Source of the DNA: an uncultured Planctomycetaceae bacterium
Lineage (GTDB): Bacteria > Planctomycetota > Planctomycetia > Planctomycetales > Planctomycetaceae
NCBI GenBank assembly: GCA_963813715.1
Contig: CAWFAK010000017.1
Span: 480,001-544,000, forward strand
Direction: 5' to 3'
DNA: 64,000 nt
Part shown: piece after piece, positions 54,075-63,688 of the stretch
How positions within the stretch are numbered: the first letter of the stretch is position 1
Layout: every line of letters begins with the position of its first letter
Program-made: the position numbers and the translations under genes
The notes under the pieces: generated by a model
Database searches by the model: none
Seen by the model: only the letters and a program-made list of their open reading frames with translations
Told to the model about the DNA's origin: nothing

Positions 54075-54815
54075 ATGGCAAAACTGACCAACAAAACAGC
54101 ACTCGTCACCGGCGGTTCACGCGGTATCGGCGCAGCGATTGCCAGGCGACTCACCGCCGACGGGGCGAGCGTGGCAATCACCTACACGAAAGGCGCGGAG
54201 GCCGCACAGTCGGTGGTCAAAGGGATCGAGAAGGCCGGCGGAAAGGCGATCGCGATTCAGGCCGACGCGACCGATGCTCCGGCCGTCATCGCTGCGGTCG
54301 AAAAAACCGTCGCCACGTTCGGCCGACTCGATGTGCTCGTGAACAATGCCGGCACGGCCATTCCGAAGCCCTTTGAGGAGGCGCCGCTCGAGGAGATAGA
54401 CCGTATGATCGACATTAACGTTCGCGGCGTGTTTATTGCGACTCAGGCGGCCCTCAAGCATTTGAAAGACGGTGGCCGGATCATCAACATCGGCTCGTGC
54501 GTCGGCGAGCGGATGATGACGCCTGGCCTCGTGGCCTACGCAGCCACGAAAGGCGCCGTCAAAATGTTCACGCAGGGTCTCGCCCGCGAGTTGGGCGGCC
54601 GTGCGATCACGGTCAACAACATTCAACCGGGCCCGATCGACACCGAGTTGAACCCCGCCGCCAGCGAGTGGGCAACGCCTCAAATCGCCAACACCGCGTT
54701 GAATCGCTACGGATCCGTCGATGATGTTGCTGCGCTAGTGTCGTTCGTAGCCGGTCCGGAGTCGTCGTACATCACCGGTGCGAACCTGACTGTCGACGGC
54801 GGCACGAACGCCTGA
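54075..54815 (+). CDS. SDR family oxidoreductase
   Basis: GAGGAG RBS; TGGSRGIG, NNAG, YAATK, PGPIDT. Confidence 0.95.
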   Translation: MAKLTNKTALVTGGSRGIGAAIARRLTADGASVAITYTKGAEAAQSVVKGIEKAGGKAIAIQADATDAPAVIAAVEKTVATFGRLDVLVNNAGTAIPKPFEEAPLEEIDRMIDINVRGVFIATQAALKHLKDGGRIINIGSCVGERMMTPGLVAYAATKGAVKMFTQGLARELGGRAITVNNIQPGPIDTELNPAASEWATPQIANTALNRYGSVDDVAALVSFVAGPESSYITGANLTVDGGTNA

Positions 54816-54890
54816 GCGGATCACCCTCGCCCGCTCGGTCGATTCGCGAGTTTGGTATCCTGAGGTCTCCCCCTTAAAGGAGACTTCGGC

Positions 54891-56007
54891 ATGGCGAATG
54901 TCGTGATGATTCAGGATGCGGCTCGAGTTGAGTGGGCCACTTGTCCCCTCGAGGAAATCTCGACCAGGGAGGCCGTCGAGCAACTGGTGGGCGGGCCGGT
55001 GGAAAGCACTTCCGAAGGCACCGCCAGGGTCGTCGGTTGCCCCGACGCGGTCGTGGACGAAACATTGATTCCGCGCCGCGTCATCCTGCAGCCTGACGGC
55101 GTGATGCATCCGCTGGTGGGAGCGATTCACCAGGCGTATCAGGATCACCGTCCGCTCGTGCTGTCGCCGGATATGTTCTGGCTGCTCGTCGCCCAGGGAC
55201 TGGCGCTGCACGTCAACAATCATCCCGACGAGTTTCGCGACCGATTCCGCGTCGGCCCCGAGCAGCAGGAGATCGAAATTCGCAAGGACGACTTGTTGAA
55301 GGGGTCGCCCGATAACGCGTGGGAAGACGTCTTCGAAGAGTTCTGCGAGCAGATCACCGACCGCATCGGCGGCGACAACTACGCGCACATCGTGGCCACG
55401 TTCTCCACGACCGGGCTCCTCGAACGGGCGGCCAACGCCATCGTGCTGATGGACACCGTCCAAAGTTATTTTGAATATTCCTTGAGGACCCGCTGCGGCA
55501 TTCCCCAGGTCGTGTTGGAGGGGACTGCCGCCGACTGGGAACGGCTGCGCGACAAGACCGAGTCACTTGGCCGGACGTACGCGCTCACCTGGTGGACCGA
55601 CCGGCTTCTGCCTGTCCTCGATCGGGTCGCGCAACGCAGGCGGGAGAGAAGACGCTGCCTTGTGGGAATCGATTTACAAACAGGTCGACGCGAGCGGCGG
55701 CCCCTATCTGAGCGGTTGGATCACGGACTTCTTTCCCTATGTCGGGCGCGACGAGCCCAACGAGCGCAACCGCGCGTTTCGGGAAGAGCCGATTCCAGAG
55801 GCTCAACGCATTTATGAAAGCCACTTCGGCAGCGGCATCACGACGGATCATCTTCCCAGCTCGCTCACCAAGGTCCCGTTCGTGTGGAAGTATCGGGGCG
55901 AAGAATTTCCGATGGAACTCCTGGCCGGGTTCGTCGGCTTCACGCAAGATGCCGAGACGCTCCGCCTCCGTCCAAAGATCGGCTGGGCAGTCCGCGAGGC
56001 GGGGTGA
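54891..56007 (+). CDS. DUF4419-like protein (frameshift near 55630)
   Basis: AYQDHRPLVLSPDMFWL, FSTT, LMD..QSYF, CGIP.V.LEGT..DW / SGWITDFFPY, AGFVG, RPKIGWAV. Confidence 0.85.
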
Positions 56008-56139
56008 AACGAACCGGGCCGGCGGCGGAGCATGGTCCAGCATTCCCGCGCCATCATTCCCGGATTCCAAGAAAACTGATCTTGGATGAATCACGATCTT
56101 GTGGCTGAATGGAGGGGGCGGACTTTTTGCGCGCGGCGG

Positions 56140-56545
56140 TTGAGCGGAATGGGGTGCAGCGGAATGGGATAGGGAGAAACACGGGGGGTTGGGTCACAAT
56201 TTGTTTCTGTATAGATGACCCACGAAATTCGCGACGCACCCCTCGATCAGGGGACGGGACAGATCGGGACGGGACATGAGAGAAGTCCAAGGTCCCGAGG
56301 TCCAAGTTCATTGGACCAGCCGCGGCAGGAATCGGGTCGGCCGTGGGACGGGACGCGGGACGGGACACGTTGTTTCACCGAGAAAAGCCGGGAGAATTTG
56401 GCCCGGGGACGGTTATCCGAGGTGGGACGGGCGAGGCGAAGAGCGGGGCGAGGGGTGGAAAGAGGTTGGCCGGCGGGTCGGGACACTTTGTTTCAAAAGG
56501 GAAGTTGACCCACCAAGTCGTTGACCCACCGTCCCGGTACGGGAC
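56140..56545 (+). repeat. G-rich non-coding GGGAC array A
   Basis: 12 GGGAC on + and 2 on - within 56250-56545; also GGGACACNTTGTTTCA x2, GTTGACCCACC x2 and AGCGGAATGGG x2. Confidence 0.75.
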
Positions 56546-56563
56546 ACGGCGCACAGCGGGGCA

Positions 56564-58721
56564 CTACGCCGTGGCGGCCGCGGTGCGTGGCGCCGTCCAT
56601 TCCTTGACGGCATCGGGGCACGGGGCGACGGTAGGCCACGCGAACCAAGTGCGGCCATCGTCGGCGATGAGCACCAGGCCGCTCAGGGCCTTGGCGCGTT
56701 TCATCGCTGCCAGCGCCTGGGGGGGAGTTTGCACGATCGGGCTGCCCACGTTGAGGGACGTGTTGACGGACACCTCGACTCCCAGCCGCCGCCCCATCGC
56801 CTGGAGATAGGCATACGTAAAGGGGTCGTCCTCTTCGCGCACAATCTGCACGCGGCCCGTTCCATCCCGGTGGACCACGGCGGGAATTCTGTCGTACGCA
56901 TCGGGCCGGGCCCGCGCCGTTAGCACCATGTAGTGGTAGGCGTTGTACTGATCGTCGGCCCCGCCAGGCGAGAGCTCGAAGAACCGCCGGGCTGCCGCGA
57001 GCGTCGCCATCGGTGCCAGCGGACGGATCGGCTCGCGGAACTTAACGCGCAGGTTGATCGTTTCCAGCGTCCGCGGGTTGCAGGGGTTCGCGAGAATCGA
57101 ACGATGCCCGAGAGCCCGCGGCCCCGTCTCTGCCGGCCCCTGAAACAATCCGACCACGCCATCCTCGGCGACGATTCGCGCCATCAGATCGGCGATTCTC
57201 GCCTGCTGGTCCGGGTCACTGATGTTCCCCAACGTGCAGTATTCGACTTCGGCATCGTTCTCGAGAGCCGACGCAATCTCGTTGGCAGCAGGCGCCCTCC
57301 CACACCAGAAGGCGTGCTTGAGGGAAGGGCCTGGTCGCACGCCGCTCCGTAGCGCGAAATTGTACGCGGCCCCCATTGTGACCCCGGCATCGCCCGGTGT
57401 CGGCGGCACCCACACGTGCAGTCGGGTTCGCTTGCCCAAATTGCGGCGATACCATTCCTCGTCGTAACGATCGACCAGGTGCATATTGGCCAGGCAATTG
57501 AGGGCCGTCCCGCCCGTCAACACGAGCTGATCGCTCCCCGTCGTTCGAATCAGATGATCGACGACGTGAAACAACACATCCTCGAAAACGAGTTGCGTCG
57601 CCGCGGCCAGATCGACCCGCTCGTGCGTTGCGGCCGCGTGCTGCGTGTCTTCGACGCGAAGCACCGCGTCTGGATTCCACATCTTTTCCGGAGGGATTGG
57701 ATCGCCGGTGATGTCGCGGAGGAGCTGCGTATACGCATTGCGCTCGCCACCGATGTGCCAGTGAGCCAACTTCCGATTGATCCGCACCTGCCCTTCTTCG
57801 CCGAAGTGGAAAACCTGCCGCAGGCGGCGGTAGTAGGGGTTGGTGAGGCGGTCGGAATCCCCCCAAGCGACCGCGCCCATGTATCGCCCCTCGCTCGAGA
57901 GGACCGTCCAACCTCCCTGAGTCGAGCTAATGACCGAATAGAAACATCCCAGCGAGTCGCTGAGACTGTCATTGGAGCGCAACCGCTGCAAACGCCCGCG
58001 TTCGGCGACGTACAGCGAAATTGCCCCGTCGTCGCCAAAGCCGTCCAGCACGGTGACGATCACCGGCTTGTCGCTGTGATTGAACGGGGAAGCGGCGTAG
58101 GAAAAGGCGGCGTGGTTTTCGTGGTGCCCCATCGAGATCAGCGGCAGCGGCGCGTCGAGCCCGAATTGCTTCGCCAGTCGGCCCGGGCCCTTTCGCACGG
58201 ACGGTCCGATTTCGAATAAGTTGAAGATCGCGATCGCATTTTTGCGCCAGTGCCAAACTGCCGGGGAAATGCTCGAGGGCGCTCTGGATTCCGAAACAAT
58301 CCAGGTTGATGTAATTCCAGCTCAATAGCACGGCATGCAAGTCGCGCGGCCCAAGCCCCATGCTCGCCAGCCGTTGCTTCAGCGACTCGATACTCTGTTC
58401 CGGGTAGCCGCCGAAGTGCTTGACGCCCGTGAATCGCTCTTCTTCGTCATTCGACAGGAGCCGCACGCCGTCGCGCTCGGAGACTTCGACGAGCGCGGCG
58501 CCGCTGTTGTGGCCGGCGATCCCCAATCCGGCGAGATAAGTCGTCTCCCCGCGGGCCAGCCGGGCACGCAGCGATTCCATCCGCTCGCGCGCAAAAGCGC
58601 TATCCGGCTCATGCACGTGACTCCGAGCGAAGAGAATCCTGCAAACAGGGTGCGCTGCTGCGGAAGCCAGCTTTGCCAGCCAGGGGTGTGCCGGACCGTA
58701 TTTTCCGTAGACCGTTGACAT
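56564..58721 (-). CDS. Carbamoyltransferase (NodU/CmcH/TobZ family; frameshift near 58200-58240)
   Basis: HNSGAAL...EEERFTGVKH / HHENHAA, LDGFGD, EGRYMG, GGTALNC, DAGVTMGAA, ETGPRALGHRSILA, KFREPIRPLAP, VHRDGTGRVQ, NTSLN. Confidence 0.92.
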
Positions 58722-59228
58722 GGCGATCCGAGCCGTATGCTGAAAGGATCCGCGGAGGATGCAGTTTCGATGTTGTCGAATTCAGACGACTCGCGATGCC
58801 GTCGTTGTGGCTGGGGCAACATTCGCGCCGCGAGCAAGAAAGCGCGGAATTCAGCGATGGCCGAGCCTTCCTAACGGCGCGTGCAAGGAGACCGGCCCGC
58901 AGGGGCCGACCCGCAGCACACAGCGGGCCAGCCGCATCTAGAGAAACTCGATGGTATCCACGTCTATCCAGCTGTTCAATCCCCGAGTGCAAAATATCTG
59001 CCGGCAGCCGTCAGAATCGCGATCGCTTTCCGCAAACTCCACCCATCCACCGTTTGACGAGCAATCAGGTCCAAGCTCGAAGTGCGCGATTGCGTGCGAC
59101 GCTCCGACACGGTCTTGCGTTCGCACCCGCCACTCAGAAGCATGGGTGACTGACGTTTGAACGAGCCTGATCTCGAGGTTGAACGAGATCGTGTCGAGAC
59201 AATCATCCTGCGAGCAGCTGGGCCGGGA

Positions 59229-59717
59229 ATGGATCACACCAAGATTGAACGCTTGTCCGCGGGCGACGAGGACCGGCTGCGACACATTCGGTTGCGGGCG
59301 CTCCGCGACGCGCCGGAGGCGTTCGAGACAACCTTCGCCGAGGCGAAGGCCCGTCCGTTCGAGAATTGGCAGCAGCAGCTTGAGCAGCTAGCCACGTTTG
59401 TCGCCGTGGCGGACGATCTCGACATCGGGATGGCGCGAGGTGCTCGGCATGACGTTCGGGATGATACCGCCTACTTGATCTCGATGTGGGTGGCGTCCGA
59501 AGGGCGTCGCCGAGGAGTTGGATCGGCTCTGATTGAGGCCGTTGCCGCCTGGGCACGGGAACAAGGATTCAAGCGACTGTTGCTGGATGTGGCCGAGGGA
59601 AACGCTGCCGCTCTGGCCCTGTATACGGAGGCGGGCTTTGTCGCGACGGGCGTCGTCGGCATGTTGCCGGTCCCCCGCCAGCACATTCGCGAAATTCAGA
59701 TGGCCCTCACGCTCTAA
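59229..59717 (+). CDS. GNAT family N-acetyltransferase
   Basis: RLRALRDAPEAF, SMWVASEGRRRGVG, N..ALALY...GF. Confidence 0.9.
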   Translation: MDHTKIERLSAGDEDRLRHIRLRALRDAPEAFETTFAEAKARPFENWQQQLEQLATFVAVADDLDIGMARGARHDVRDDTAYLISMWVASEGRRRGVGSALIEAVAAWAREQGFKRLLLDVAEGNAAALALYTEAGFVATGVVGMLPVPRQHIREIQMALTL

Positions 59718-59733
59718 GTATCACACACGTTCT

Positions 59734-59766
59734 GGTGCCACTGGCGGGAACTTTGGCCCGCCAGTG
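59734..59766. repeat. REP-like palindrome family C
   Basis: GGTGC-CACTGGCGGG-8 nt-CCCGCCAGTG perfect 10-bp stem; degenerate partner near 59833-59870. Confidence 0.6.
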
Positions 59767-59869
59767 TCTTAAGTGTCTTACCGACCATCGAAGCAACGGT
59801 TGAGCCCCACCACACCTGGCGCGAACGAACCGCCACTGGCAAGGGCGGCGAAGCCGGCCTGCGTGGCAT

Positions 59870-60430
59870 CCGGGGCACGGGACAGGAAACGTGGGGCACC
59901 AAAGCCACCGTCTGAGCGAAATTCTCCAAACGGGGACTTGGCCCATCGATCACCGGGGACAGAATGGAACCAGGTGGTTTGCATTGGGCAGCGGGCATCC
60001 GCGCCGAAAGGCGGAGTGCGCACGGCGTGGATCGCGCCTGTCGAGGCATTTTTCCACGAGTCGACGCGTGAGCCTCCATCCGGCAGACTGCCGTTGGTCC
60101 GGGCGGACGGGACAAGTTGGGACGGAACTGAGGACGGGACGAGTGGCTTCCGGACGGGACGGGATTGGAACCGGCTCGAAGCGCGTGGGACCTGAAGCGG
60201 GTGGGATGGAAAACGGTTGGGACGGGATTGAAAGTCGTGGGACGGAGGTCGGGACGGGACTGATTCGACGGGACGGGACAACTTGTATGAGCAGGGTGCG
60301 TCCCGTCCTTAAACGATTGCCGGATGGTGGGTTAGGAAGAAACCTGAATTGGGACTGGATTCGCCGCGTCCAGAGAAATCGAGTGAATGGGATCGGGCGG
60401 ACGTGGGGTCGTCCCGTCGGCTGGGAGGTT
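59870..60430 (+). repeat. G-rich non-coding GGGAC array B
   Basis: 15 GGGAC on + and 2 on -; no convincing ORF. Confidence 0.75.
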
Positions 60431-60575
60431 CAATTCGAGGCCTAGCCGTCGGGATCGGGCCGGATTGACCGGGCCTGGGATGCCGATAGGATTGGGGAGC
60501 GTCGGGGCCGACGGGTTTTGGCCGGTCGACCTTCGACGCGAGGTTTCGGAGATTCAAGAACTCGGAAATCGAAAA

Positions 60576-60934
60576 GGGGGCGATTGGATTTGACTGGGTC
60601 ACCGTAGGTGTCGGTGGCGTGCCGTGGTTGATCAGTAGGCCACGTAAAAAGCTGATCAAAAAACATCTGCCGAAAAGCAGGTTGCTCTCGCTGCCTAATT
60701 AATTAGGTAGCTCTGGCTGCGGAATCCCTGCCTGAGGAGTCCAAAAGTCGGATCATCAAATTCGGGCTGGCGCCGGTTCATGCCTCAACGACCGGCGCGA
60801 GATTTGTCGTGGCTGGCCGGCTCGGGGCCTTGTTCGCTTGAGCCCCGGTTCGGCGAGACTTAATCGACGAAATACGCACGTAGAGGCCGACACTCAGGGA
60901 TCACAGGACGCGGGTTCGATTCCCGCCGCCTCCA
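60576..60934 (+). ncRNA. ssrA: tmRNA; tag peptide (A)AEKQVALAA* at 60669-60698
   Basis: 5' GGGGGCG pairs with 3' CGCCTCC-A, including the G3.U alanine identity pair; T-arm GCGGGTTCGATTCCCGC; tag ends in ALAA-TAA; 359 nt; CCA not encoded. Confidence 0.96.
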
Positions 60935-60938
60935 ACTC

Positions 60939-60974
60939 GCCACTTGTTACCAATGGTAGCAAGTGGCTTTTTTT
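60939..60974 (+). terminator. Rho-independent terminator after tmRNA
   Basis: GCCACTTGTTACC / GGTAGCAAGTGGC stem followed by T7. Confidence 0.9.
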
Positions 60975-61280
60975 GTTGGACTTATGGCGATTCCCACGAT
61001 CACAAAAGCCGAGAAAAGAAGCGACTGTGAGAAAGATTTGAGTTCCCCAGTCGCCTTTTCCACGGCGATCGAGGACCAAGCGGCGTTCGCTCGTACAATA
61101 AACTCCTGGCATGGCGAAACGAAACAAATACAGAGGCGAGCAAGAACAGGAAGGCGCAGTCAGGATTCCGGTAAGATTGGCAGCATTGAAATGCCTCGAA
61201 GCGCAAAACGCCCGAACGACGGGGACAACCTGCGACTCAACAGACTGAGCAAAAGTGTGAACCTCTGATCTGCCCTCGCT

Positions 61281-61661
61281 ATGGGAAAGAAATCGCCACG
61301 TCCGAAAGCAACGAATAAGGCCACGTTCGCCTGCTTCGAGTGTCGCAGAGCACTCAAGCAGCCGGGATCTTCGGCCTGGGATCCTGCCGTCCCGGAACGC
61401 CCGTGTCCGTGTGCCAAATGCCGACGACCGATGGTGCGGATGGGCCGGTATTTCAAGGCACCTCCCGCAAGGGCTCGTCAGCAATGGCTAAAGGTCGAAT
61501 TGCTGTATCGCTACGGCGAACGCTTCTGGGCAGGCAATTCGGGCCTCAGTCGAAGCTGTCGGAATCTCCGATCGACGATCGAGTATCTGACAGGGCAGGG
61601 GCATTCCGTGGACGATGTTCGGTGGCAGCTTGACCAATTACGCCGCCTTCGTATCCACTAA
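61281..61661 (+). CDS. Small CxxC zinc-binding hypothetical protein
   Basis: FACFECR...CAKCRRPMVRMGRYFKAPP...QQW. Confidence 0.7.
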   Translation: MGKKSPRPKATNKATFACFECRRALKQPGSSAWDPAVPERPCPCAKCRRPMVRMGRYFKAPPARARQQWLKVELLYRYGERFWAGNSGLSRSCRNLRSTIEYLTGQGHSVDDVRWQLDQLRRLRIH

Positions 61662-61897
61662 ATGAGTGTGAATGCGAATCGGCGTCCGACGAGGCAAAGC
61701 GATCAAGGCACTGGAGGCGATCGAGAGCAGCCTTCAAGACTCGACCGAAGTCGCACGAATCAGGATGGCGATCGAGGGAGTCGAGGAATTGACGAAGACC
61801 TAAACCTTTCTCAAACCTTCTTCAGTTTTAGGTCGGTCGAGGCAAAAGCCCTATGAGAGAGCCGCATTTGTGACGACCCGGCTATACCCGCCGCCTC

Positions 61898-62034
61898 CAT
61901 TCGACTCGCTACGCTCGCTCATGGCAGGCCGTCCAAGCCATGAGCGAGTGTTGCCTTTTAGGGGCTTGCATAGGGTCGAAGCAGCGAGTCGAATGCCCTG
62001 CCTGCCCCGAGCTTTGTCGAGGGGTCGAAGGGCG
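61898..62034. repeat. Structured REP-like element family D, copy 1
   Basis: 13-bp IR CATTCGACTCGCT (61898-61910) / AGCGAGTCGAATG (61983-61995) enclosing a 12-bp stem CTCGCTCATGGC / GCCATGAGCGAG. Confidence 0.8.
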
Positions 62035-62051
62035 TTCTAGCAGTTGACGTT

Positions 62052-63251
62052 TCACGCGGCGCCGCGGCGCCGCACTGCGATCAGGAACAGACCGAACAGC
62101 GCGAGGCTGAGCACGGTCATGGCGATCCCGAACAGCGGCACGGCGCTCGCATTTTCGCCCTCGACGAAAGCCGTTGCGGCCAATGGCCCGAACGCCGCGC
62201 CCAGAAGCTGTGCGGCCGGAACCAGCAAACAAGTGTTTCTCGTGGAATCCGCTGCCAGGGTCATGCCGATCATGAATGGGACGATGAACATCCAGACGAA
62301 ACTGATCGCCAAGACAGCGACGCAGAACATCAAGAGCGTGGGGCTGGCGCCCAGAATCGCCGCGGCGATCAATCCCACGACGCCGCAGCCGAGAATGCCG
62401 AGCCGGTAGTCGAGATACGCCTCGAGCCACGCCGCGGCGAGCGAAGCCGCCACCTGAACGAACAGGCCGACGGAGACCAGCACGCCCACGGTCTGCGCGT
62501 CGATGCCGACTTTCCCGCCCAAGGGCTCCAGGAATGTCCAGACAGCGACGACGAACATGAAAAAGAGAAAAATCATCAAAAGAGCGAGGATGGATCTCAC
62601 CGTGAACACGCCATCCATGCTCGCGCTCTGCTTGGGCATCTCGTCGTATTCCGTGGGGACGAGGAGGGCCACCCCAATCGAGACGAGGCTAACGACGCCG
62701 AGCGCGAGGAAGCCGCCATTCGCCCCCATTCCCGGAACAACCCACCAGGCCAATCCGAGGGCGAGGAGGCCTTGGGCCAGCGCCTGCATGGCGAGGAAAT
62801 ATCCGCCCAGCCGCTCGGCGTGGCGGGAGCGGGCGATCAGTTCGATCGAGACGGCAACCATCGCGCCTTCGACAAGGCCAGCGAGCGCCCGGTCGATCAG
62901 GATCAGATTGGAGCTGCCGGCGACGGAGATCGCAGCGTCGAGCGCCGCCAGCACGACGAGCAGGATCGTGCATTTGAGGCGCAGATGGCGCACCGAAAAA
63001 AGCATCGCCGCAACTGCGGAGCTCACTCCGATCAGGAGCGTCTCCACCGTCGCGATCACCCCGAGCTCAGCGAGATTGATGCGCGATTCGGCGTGCAGCG
63101 CTCCATATAGGATTGGGATCACGCCAAGAATAAGAAGGCCCGCGGAACCGATCCACAGGGCTGCGGCCGCGCCGGCCCCCGAGGGGTTTCCAACGAGCCA
63201 ATCCTTATTCTGGACCGGTGTGGAGCCGGCTGTCGAACTACCGTCCGCCAT
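62052..63251 (-). CDS. MFS transporter
   Basis: 399 aa, about 12 hydrophobic helices, RALAGLVEG, WTFLEPLG, QLLGAAFGP. Confidence 0.85.
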   Translation of the reverse strand: MADGSSTAGSTPVQNKDWLVGNPSGAGAAAALWIGSAGLLILGVIPILYGALHAESRINLAELGVIATVETLLIGVSSAVAAMLFSVRHLRLKCTILLVVLAALDAAISVAGSSNLILIDRALAGLVEGAMVAVSIELIARSRHAERLGGYFLAMQALAQGLLALGLAWWVVPGMGANGGFLALGVVSLVSIGVALLVPTEYDEMPKQSASMDGVFTVRSILALLMIFLFFMFVVAVWTFLEPLGGKVGIDAQTVGVLVSVGLFVQVAASLAAAWLEAYLDYRLGILGCGVVGLIAAAILGASPTLLMFCVAVLAISFVWMFIVPFMIGMTLAADSTRNTCLLVPAAQLLGAAFGPLAATAFVEGENASAVPLFGIAMTVLSLALFGLFLIAVRRRGAA

Positions 63252-63305
63252 TTTTCATTCCCTTGTAGGCAACACCAGTTTAGCGCCGCTGGCGTGCGCA
63301 ACTGC

Positions 63306-63404
63306 ACGACCCGCCACGCTCGCTCATGATAAGCGAGCGTACTTTGTTATGGGCTTGCGACCCATCGAAGCAGCGAGTCGAATGCCCGGAGCCTGTCGAA
63401 GAGC
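63306..63404. repeat. REP-like element family D, copy 2 (degenerate, same orientation)
   Basis: ACGCTCGCTCATG plus TCGAAGCAGCGAGTCGAATGCCC (63365-63387), identical to 61976-61998. Confidence 0.8.
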
Positions 63405-63688
63405 ATTACTTTGGTCGCGCGGACGCGGGTTGATTTCTCGCCGCCGCAAACTCCTTTCAACGTTTCACTTCTCGACAGCCCCCCCCTCGCGCGTTCCGTC
63501 AATGTCCCAGAAAAGTGTGCCCTAAAGAAATCTGCCCGAGCGATATTTGACCCCAGGAAATTCTGCCGATTCAGAATTCCCGTCAATATCCGGCCGCTGC
63601 CGGCGAATCAATGACCGCCGGCGGTTCGGCGGGAGTCGCCCGGCCTCTTCGTTTCGAAACGGCGTGCACCACGCCTGGAGGCAGTCGA

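Larger units (their letters stand above)
60935..61899. mobile_element. About 1-kb integrase-less islet inserted at the tmRNA 3' end
   Basis: Bounded by direct repeat CCCGCCGCCTCCA (60922-60934 and 61887-61899); AT-richer interior. Confidence 0.6.

Noticed and set aside
2259..58721. About 20 frameshifts read as mass pseudogenisation or programmed frameshifting
   Set aside because: They are single-base shifts in unrelated genes, several in homopolymer or CG-dinucleotide runs, with motifs intact on both sides and no in-frame nonsense codons. Long-read indel error is the simplest explanation; read mapping would settle it.
58938..59285. 115-aa minus-strand ORF
   Set aside because: It overlaps the GNAT start and has no motif or RBS; at most a gene remnant.
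59778..60281. VPSR/PSH-rich minus-strand ORF (also 56247..56486)
   Set aside because: The composition is simply the translation of GTCCC repeats; there is no RBS or recognisable domain.
56140..60430. GGGAC arrays as CRISPR arrays
   Set aside because: The unit is only 5-10 bp, spacing is irregular, there is no 23-47 bp conserved repeat and no cas genes are present.
60576..60934. tRNA-Ala call, or a permuted two-piece tmRNA
   Set aside because: The acceptor halves are about 350 nt apart in the normal order with an ALAA tag between them, so this is a standard one-piece tmRNA.
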